64,000 bases of DNA from Amoebophrya sp. A120 (lineage: Eukaryota > Protista > Dinoflagellata). Shown piece after piece: positions 36,601 through 45,600 of the stretch. The notes under the pieces are model-generated. The model was not told the origin of the DNA. It saw only the letters and a program-made list of their open reading frames with translations, and made no database searches. The translations under genes and the position numbers were made by a program. Where the stretch lies: the NCBI GenBank assembly GCA_905178155.1, contig CAJINV010000003.1, positions 1,421,557 to 1,485,556 on the forward strand, read 5' to 3'. Position 1 is the first letter of the stretch. The number at the start of each line of letters is the position of its first letter.

Positions 36601-39600
36601 GGAATGCCGATGGGGGAGGCGAAAGAAGTAACAGTAGGCGGCACACTAGTGCAAGGGGTGGAAGCAGCGACAGAAAGGATAGCGAGTAGCCACCTCCTCA
36701 AGTGTGAATTCGTGAGAAAGCAAAATGACAAAAAGCACACGTATGACGGAAAAGAGCTCGAAAAAGCGCTAAGACAGCTCACGCAAGCATGTAAAGAAGT
36801 AAAGAGCATACGATTTACGGGGCCACAATTACAAGCACATGTCTCAAAGTTAAACAGTGAAGCAGCAGGCATGGATGGGCTCCGACAAGGAATATACCGC
36901 GCCCTCACACCAGAACAATACCAAGTGCTAGCAGAGGTCTTTAATAGGTTTTTAGAAGAAGTGGAGGAGTATGAGATGAAAAGAAATGAGGGAAGGGGGC
37001 CGAAGCTCCTGGAGGAGCACCTCAATGCGGCGCAGGTGGAACTGTTGAAAAAACAAACAGCAGCAACAACGGCAATAGAAAAGATCCGGACCGTGATACA
37101 GGGGACAGCGATAATGAGGGTGTTGCTGAGCGTAGTGGTATATGAAATGGTGCGGGTAGCCGACAAAAATGACGCATTCACCCGATGCGGTTCAGCATCA
37201 AAACCAGGAGCAAGCTGCCAAGCCACAGCGCTGCAGGTCTTGGAGACATGTCACGAGGGGGAAGAGAGGGGCGAAGCGGAAACACCGGACGAAAGAGAGG
37301 AGGGAGGTAATGGGAAGGGGAAAAGAAGAAAGGAGACGGTAGTCTTTGGGCTAGATGCGTCCAACTATTTCAACAATATAGGGCTACCGAGGGCAGTAGC
37401 AGCATACAGAGCTGCAAAACTACACCCGTGTTTCATAAAGTTGATAATAGTAACAGCGTGGACAAAGGATTTATGGATCAGAAACGGGGATTGTTACGGA
37501 CATGTACTAAGACACCGCGAACTCATTCAGGGCGCAGTAGAAACGATGTTAGCGGGGACCCTGATTTTCCTCCCAGGGGTAGAAATAATCGCGGAATTCC
37601 TCGAAGAAATCTTTAATGAAGACGGTAGGGCTGAAGAGGAAAGGCTAAAAATAGCAGAAGCAAAGATGAGAACGAGGATTAAAAGGCTTTACAAAGGGGG
37701 CGACATCGATACAACTTTCCCCGATTACAATGTCAGAGAAGAAGTCGACGAGATCTACCTCAAAGAAGCCCAGCCAGTAGTCACGGGATACAGAAAGGGA
37801 GAGAAGGTAACGACAGAGCAGGGAAAAAGAAAGGTGAATGAGAAAAGAAAAAGGGTGGAGACTCGATACTACTCAGGAACACTCCCCGGAGACGGGAAAA
37901 GAAGATGGACCCTATGCGTGCAATACGTGGACGACGGCACAGTTGTAATAAAGTTCTTTATCGAAGATATACAAATAGTAGCGCGCGCGCTCAGAGCAGC
38001 ACGCTGGGCATATGAGGAAATATACGCAACCGAAGGACAATTCTTGGCACCACAGAAGTGCGAAGTTGCAACGTCGATAGAAGACCCGCTGAAGGTAAAC
38101 GTGATCAGACAGGCCTTCCAGCCTTTCGGGATTTTGTTCGAGGAAAAGATATTTCTGAAGATTCTGGGGATCAAAATAGTGCCAAAAGACAAAACGGAGC
38201 AAGCCAAGGCCCTGCGGGGGCAGGTAAGACAAAGTATAGGGATAGGACAACACTTGGCGTACCAAGTAATGGCGAAAAGGGGAAGGCTCAACGGCGAAGA
38301 ACTCACGTGGGTAGTGCAGGTCTTCTTCGTGTCGGCAATGATATACTTCCTGCCAGTGATGCATTTATATTTCGACCTAGGAGACTGGGCGGAATTGATG
38401 GGCGAAATGGCGCTGACAATAGCCGAAACATTGGGAATGACAACGGAGGCAGTGGAAGAGCTGATGGCCCGAACAGAAACAACGGCGGAGACATTCTATA
38501 GGGTAGTGTTCGGGATGAATTTACTCGGACTAGCTGACCCGTACACGATGGGACTGAAAACGTTGCGGGCAACGGCGCAGGCAAACTACCTAACAGACCC
38601 GGCCTTGTTCGCACCATTAGCAACGACGCCAGTGAAGGTAGTAGGCGAAGCAAAGGCGGGCATCCCGAAAACAGAAGAACGAAAAATGCTGAAAAGAAAA
38701 GAAGCCGACATAGCACTGCTGCGGGCGCTGAAGGACGGCGCGACAGTCAGGCTATCGCCGGGGAGTGACCTGCGTGCAGTGGGGATCGTGAAGGAGAGAA
38801 GCGCGCGGGCCCCCCTAAGGGTAGAGGATCAGTATACACACAGGGGGAACGCGGGATTGGTAGTCAGCAGGAACAGAAAAGGAGGCCTCGGGAAGAAAGG
38901 TCAGAGCAATAGGATGCAAAAAATATGGGTGAAGCATGCCGGAAACGAAAGAAGTACAACCGTCACAGTACAGGAGGCAAGTGAAAGGACGGAGACACAC
39001 CTGAGGACGATAGAGACAAAAGTGGAGCACCTAAAGACTGAAATAAGAACAGAGGAAAGGACTTTCGTGGCATATTGCAACAACGCAATGAGGGCCATAG
39101 AAATAGTCACAGAGAAGAGGAAGAAAGAAGGCGGAGCGGTGCAGATTATACTGCTAGACTACAACGAGTTAAGGGAGAAGACCAGAGGGATACTACGCAA
39201 AGGGCACGGAATAGGCTTGGAGCTACAGGAGACAATAGAAAAAGCCGAAAGTGAGGACCCGGGCCTAAATATAGTAACGAGAAGGGAAAAAGGAAATGCA
39301 AGCAGAGCAGAAACGATAAGAAATATAGACGGAGGGACAAAAGAAGAGATACCGCTCAGGGTGGCCAATGTGTTAAATCACGACAATGAGTATACGGACT
39401 GGGTGCGGTTCGACTTTGGGACGAAGCGGATTCCACTGAAACCGGTGTGGGAATGGCCGGAAATGTCAAAAATAGAAAGGCAGGTATACATACATAGGAA
39501 AATGAAGGATGAGGAGACAGAAGGGGACAAAAAGAAAGAAAAGGCAGAAGCTGGGGATGGCGAGGAAATGAAGCAAGGCTTAGGAGAGAAAGACAGCGCG

Positions 39601-42600
39601 AAATCACAAAAGAGGAAAGAAACGAAAAAGAACACCAACACAGAGAGGGTAGGAAAGGGGAGTGGCGCTGCAAGTAGTCAAAGCAGAAATAGCCGGGAAA
39701 ATGTAGAAAGAAAACAAGAAGAAAAAGGGGAAGAAAGAAGGGAAGGAGAGACACTCTCAGAAACTATACTGCGACTAATCGAGAAAGAGAAGAAGAAAGC
39801 AGAGGAAACTGGTGACGAGATGGCGCAGGGGGCATTCAGAATAATCCAGAAAGCGACGAAACTGTTGCAGGAGGTAGAGGAGGCGAATAAAGAAGATGAT
39901 GGTAGAAAGTTAAACGAAAAAGAAAGGGGGCGGGAGGAAGGAGACCAAGAAGAAAGGATCAGCGAAAACGGAGAAGAAGAAGAAAAAAAAAGCTTCTACG
40001 AGGCGCAAGAATATGAAGGCACTCGGAGAGGATACGTGTTTAAAAGAGGGGCGATGGGACAGGGATACTATATAGATCAGGGTCCAGAAGAGGCAACGCG
40101 AACATTTTTTCGGAATCTGGTGGCGTGGGGGGAAGAGGAGAAAAGGGACGCGATTAATAAGGAGCGGGCGGAGGAAGGTCAAGACGAAAAAGGGGTGGAC
40201 CAAGAGCAGCAAAAACGGAGAAAAGTGGAGAAACAAGACAAGGAAGCGAGCCAAAACGGTGGTAGCGAGGACGAAAAAAAGAAGCGAACGACGGAGGCCT
40301 CCAATTTCCCCACAGTCGAGAAATTAATGGCAGATGACCCCATGACATTGATGCAGAAAGAGAATGTACAAAGGGAGAAGGAGAAGAGGATACAAGAGGA
40401 GAAGAGGAGGAGGAGGCAAAGGAAGTACGAAACTCCTATGCAGCGAGAACTAGCCCAAATGTATAGAGCCCTAGAAAAAGAAAATAGTGATGGAAAGTGA
40501 ATGAAGAAAGAGAAAAAAGTGACTGCAATACGTTTATTTCTTTTGGATGAGATTGATGAATGGATAGCAAAGTAGAGGCAATGTGAGGCCTTATACATGA
40601 ATGAAATAAAGGAGCAAAGAAGACACAGACCGGGGCTCAAAGCGAAAAAGAAAATGCGGGGTGTTCTGGCGGGTGCAGAGGGAAGAGCGTAGACAAAAAA
40701 TGTAACAGAAAAGAGCGAAAAAAAATGAGGCGACTGCGTATGGTTCTTCTTTCGACACGTTCCACGCCAGCCCGGAGGGGTGCGGCGATGCTAATCATTT
40801 CGTTCCCGCCAGCCGTAAAGGCACGGCGCTGCCTATCCTCCCCTCGTACCGCCGAACCGCATGCGCTGACGCATTAGGAAACGAAAAGAAAAAGAAAGAG
40901 AAGAAAGAAAAACTATATAAAAGAAGTGGTGCCAGGGTTGCTATTTTAAAAGACTGCGCTAAGGCAGCACCCCCCTTCCCCAAGGGGTCCCCCCGGGGCG
41001 GGCGCGATGGCGGCTCTGCGAATGCGGAGCTCCGCGGGCCGTTTCTATGGAAACGCATATAAAAGGGTGCGGGAAGAAGATCGGCAAAACGTGTCTGAAA
41101 GGGACACGCCGTTGGGTTGCCCGCCATCGTGATAGGATCACCGTGTCTGATCATTAGACCCCCAGTATACTGTTTAGCGCGCAACCGGCCACGCACGTAG
41201 TCCTTCGAGCAAGTTTGTAAGACTAACCCATCAAGGCAAAACTGGAACTCCACCTTGCTCGCGGGCTTGGATGGTAAGGCAGGTCAGCCACACATAGCGC
41301 CCACTGGTTGTAGTCATGCGTAAGCAATCGATAGCGGTTTGGCAGGTGCAGCCGGGTGGTAGTTAGGAAGTGGACCGTGTCTCCACCTAGGGGTATTGGC
41401 AGAGGCTAAATCTGTTCTAACGCCCAGGTATTGGCAGAGGCTAAATCTGTTCTAACGCCGACCCGCCAGGAGTTAAATGGTACTACTACTACTAACTTAG
41501 TCAAAAGCGCCACCTAGGGGTATCGGCAGAGGCTAAATCTGTTCTAACGCCCAGGTATTGGCAGAGGCTAAATCTGTTCTAACGCCAACCCGCCAGGAGT
41601 TCTGTTCTAATGGTATGTAGTGAGGTCACCGAACGGTTCTAACCGGGGAGTTTTTTTGCCAGCCAGACAGCAAAACGGCCGCCAGTTTTCAAGCGGGCGG
41701 AAGCGTTTTTGGACATAAAAAGTTTTCACTTATCAAGCGGCCGGGGCTTTGATAGCAAACAAGCCCGGTCGAAAACTATCGATTCGCACTTGATAAAACG
41801 ACGCAGGGGAGCCGGCAAAAGGGGCGCCCTTTTGAGGCGCCCACCGCCTTGGTTTCTGGCGATTTGGGGCGCCCAAAAAGGGGCGCGCAAAAAACGCGCC
41901 CAAAATCAGAACAGCGAAACAGCATGGCACGGCCGCGATTTCGGAGCATTTTGGGCGGCCGCGAAAGCGGCCGCCTTTTCGCCGGCTTTAGAGCCTGGGA
42001 AGCATCGCAAAAAGCGCCGGCGTGAAAAATAAAAACGCGAAAAAGAAAAAGCGCCCCAGACGCGCAAAGCCAATCCGCATGCTACGGGCCCGATTTTTCT
42101 TCGCTTTTTGGGCGCCCCCCGTGGCACCCGGATCGGCCCCATAGCATGGGGGCTGGCCTTCGGAAAGGAATTTCGGGAATTTGCCAAAATTTGCGATGTT
42201 TATGAAGCGGCCGCCATACCGTGCGGCCTAACGTTACTCGCGGCGGTATGGTGAGCCCATAAAAAGCAAAGCCACGGCCAAGGCGATGGCCGGCAAGAAA
42301 ACGCCCACGACCTCACTACCTCCGCCCCGGCGGCTATATTTGGTACTACTACTACTAACTTAGTCAAAAGCGGACAGCTTCTGGCACTCACGCAACACAG
42401 ATTTTTGCATTATTTAGATTTAGCATGACAACTTCAAATCTTCCAGACCCAGACATTTTTGCATTTGATACGTCCGCAAGTAGCGTCATCACGGCAGAAT
42501 CGTCGCGCGTGAAACCGTTGACGCCATCAAAGCAGCAAACGGGCGGGGACCCTTTTGGTGATGTGGATCCCTTCGGAACTCCGGGGCAAAATCCGTTTGG

Positions 42601-45600
42601 AACGCCCGGACGGCCCCCACCGGAGGTGCTGGCGGCATCGAAACAGCAGGCCGCTGGTGCGCGCGTGCCACCCGCGCCGGCACCAGCAACTTCCAGCAGT
42701 GCATCTGTGGTACCAGCAGGACCGCAGCGGGCGCAACCAGCCGCCGCTAGTACCGGTCGTGAGCCGCCCCCACAACCTACGGGTACAGCGAACCCTTTTG
42801 GAGGACCAGCACCTGCGTCGCGAGTTGCAGCCCCCGCCGTGGTGCAACAACAACAGCAGGCTTCTCCCGCAGTACAGCCGGTGAGGGCAAACACAACGCC
42901 CACGATAACAGAAGCAGCGCAGCCTCCCGTCGTGGCAAGTGCGAAGCCGAAGGTTCCGTCGCCAAGGGGAGTGTCGGTGCCTCCCGTCACCTCACCAAAT
43001 TGGTTCGAGAACGAGCAGAAAATGGATAGCATCGAGGCAAAGCTGCAGAAACTGCGGGAGCAACGTAGTTTGGTTTTTTTCGAATGAGGATGCTTGAAAA
43101 ATTCGTCGATTTTAGTTTTACGTTGATGAAGAAACTACTTATATCACTCCGGGGAAGAAGTGACGCTCCATTGATGATCCCGATTATCTGGTAACCAAAT
43201 GCGTGCGCGCGCGCGCGCAGAGCGCGCGCCGGCCCACGAAGCCGGCGCGCGCGCTCTGCGCGCTTGCGATATTGCTTAGCAAACGCAGCGCGAAGGCAGT
43301 TGCCGTTACCATATAGGGCAACCGCCGGGAGGCGTGAAGGTCAGGGAAATGGCCAGAAATGAAGCGGGAGAAGGGAAAAAAAGCGGACCAGATGGGAAAA
43401 TGGCCAGGAGGTCAAAAATGTCGCAAAAACGGCAGAAACCAAGCGGGGGAAGGTGGAAAAAGAGCATTTTTGCTGTTTGGCCCACTTGATATCTGAAAAA
43501 GAGACGGACTGTTTTTTGCTCCGCCCGCTGGGCAGCTGCGTTGGAGAAGCAGGCCCGCGACCTGTTCGGAAGCCTTGGGCCGCTTCGTAACTGGAAAAAG
43601 TTGGAAAAAAATGACAAAAAATTGCTTCATAGCGTGGGCGGAAGCAATCGTCGGATTTTGTGCAGATCACCCGGGCCACTTAGAAAAAGGAAAAAGATGA
43701 GAAATTGCGCAAAAGCGCAATCCTTCCGCAGGCTTCAAAACTGCCAGCCAGATGCGGGCGGTAAAAATGTGCAGGTCGCTGGGGCCACTTAGAAACCAGA
43801 AAAAAGCGCGAAAATTAAAAGAAATCGAGAACCCTCGGCAGGCTTAGAAACTGGCCACCAAGGGCGGTCCGGCGGGCGCGCGCTTACGCCGTACCATCGC
43901 GATTGGGGAAAAAAAACCGCACTAGAAGCGGGCGGGGGTATGTCACAAAATCCCCATTTGCCCTGGGTTGTGAGCAGAAATTCGGCATCTTCCCCGGGTC
44001 TGAAATGGCCGATTTTGGTGGCCCGGAAGGGTTCGCGGGTTTTCGGCCTTCCACATACCTCCCGGGCCAGGGGGCCAGTTTGTCATGCAGGGGGCTAGAA
44101 AGGATGCCCCGCTGCGAGCTAGCAGACCGGATTTCGCATTCAATGCTTATCGCAGGAACCTGCGATAAGCTTTGAATGCGAATCCGGAAGCCTCCGATGA
44201 CCCGGGATAGCAGTGGGATTCTAATTAAAAAGAAATGGTGGTGGCAGCCGCGCGGCGCAAGCGCGGCCCGCAGGGCCGCGCTTTCGCCGCGCGGCTGGTT
44301 AGGCTTTCGCGCTGGTTAGATTTTCGCGCACGCATTTGGTTACCAATATCGCCCTCCGGGCGCGACATTCATATGATTTCTATACTAACTTTTCACGCAT
44401 TTAATCGATGAATCATTAGATCTATCTTGCAAAAAACCTTTTCCACCATCTGTTGCTGCAAACGACATTCGTTTTTCTTTCAATGTGGAGACGTTGGAAA
44501 TCAAAAGCGTCCTATCGTCTACCTTTTGCAGCCTTCACGCAAAGTTGCATTTTTTTGCAAAAACCAAACACAAAAACGTGGTTTTCGTTTTCAGTTTACT
44601 TTTCGTTTGCCTTTTCTCATGAACAAAAAAAAACAAACCAGGTATCGACATGGAGCACCAATTTGCACGCACACGAGAGACGGTCACGCAGGAGCGAACC
44701 CGCCGAAAGTCGGAGGTTCGCACCCCCGACAGCAAGCAGCAGGCTGCGTTCGAGAAGGATCGCGTGCTGCTAGAATCCGAGCGCGCGAAGTTGGACAAGG
44801 ACCGATCGGCTTTCGAAGACCGGGTGCGGCAGTGGGAGGCGGACGTGCAAAGACAAAAATCCCAACTGGATTCCGACAAGGCGCTTTTGGAACAGCAGAA
44901 GCACGCTTTCAACCTGTCGAAGCAAGCCGCTTCCAGTCACAATTCCCCCACAGCCTCCAAGGGCTCGGTCATGGGCGTCACCTCGCAGGAGCGAGAAGCA
45001 TTCCAGGCGGAGCAAGCCGCGTTCCAGGCCGAGCGAGAAAACGAGCTGAAGAAAATCGAAGCGGAGAAAAAGCGATTGGCCGTCGAACGAGAAGTGTTCA
45101 AGAAAAAACGTACTTATTTTGGCGATACTTACTATACGTGCGTTTTCTGGTTTCTGATTCCAGTATTTTGGTTCTATAATTGGAGTCGGCAAAAAAAATC
45201 CGCCAGGGTTTTTTGAGTCGTTTGTTTTTCGCATCTTGTTCTGTTTTGCTTTCGCTGATTCATTGATTCCTTCCTCTATGCTTTGATACCTGTTCGCTAT
45301 CGAATGAAATTCAGAAGCAGAACTGTTGGCGTCGGGATCCTCTGGAGCCATTGCCCAGGCCAATCTCGAAGCGGTGGATCCGCAGCTGCGAGCTAAGTAC
45401 GAACACTTGAAAAAGGAGTACCGCAACCGGGCAAAGGAGCTGGAGGACGTGAAAATGGAGAACACACTGTTCCGCCGGCTGGAGCAGAAACGAAACCAGG
45501 AACAGAAATTCACGGAGGAGGAACTGAAATACACCTACGAAAGCAAAATCAAGCAGCTCAACGCCTTGCTGGAGGAGAAGCGTATTACTTACTGCTGAAT

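Larger units (their letters stand above)
33351..41493 (+). mobile_element. Non-LTR retrotransposon (LINE-like, APE + RT), apparently intact
   Basis: Two ORFs, about 1-kb 3' UTR, TGG(TAC)n tail, 16-bp TSD AACTTAGTCAAAAGCG at 33335-33350 and 41494-41509, strong purine skew. Confidence 0.92.
33187..42470. mobile_element. TIR introner D (262-bp body: 33187-33350 + 42373-42470) carrying nested retroelements
   Basis: TIR TATCAAGTGTAAAAATGTCTGGGTCTGGAAGA / TCTTCCAGACCCAGACATTTTTGCATTTGATA; TSD CGTCC (33182-33186/42471-42475). The body aligns end to end with the reverse complement of 62302-62563. Confidence 0.93.

Noticed and set aside
40860-40890. Hammerhead ribozyme core in the LINE 3' UTR (CTGAC...GAAA)
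   Set aside because: Reads CTGACGC rather than CTGANGA, and no supporting stems are visible.
33351-42356. LTR, DIRS or Penelope-like element
   Set aside because: No LTRs, integrase, tyrosine recombinase or GIY-YIG motifs. An N-terminal APE domain, a simple-repeat tail and a 16-bp TSD fit a non-LTR element.
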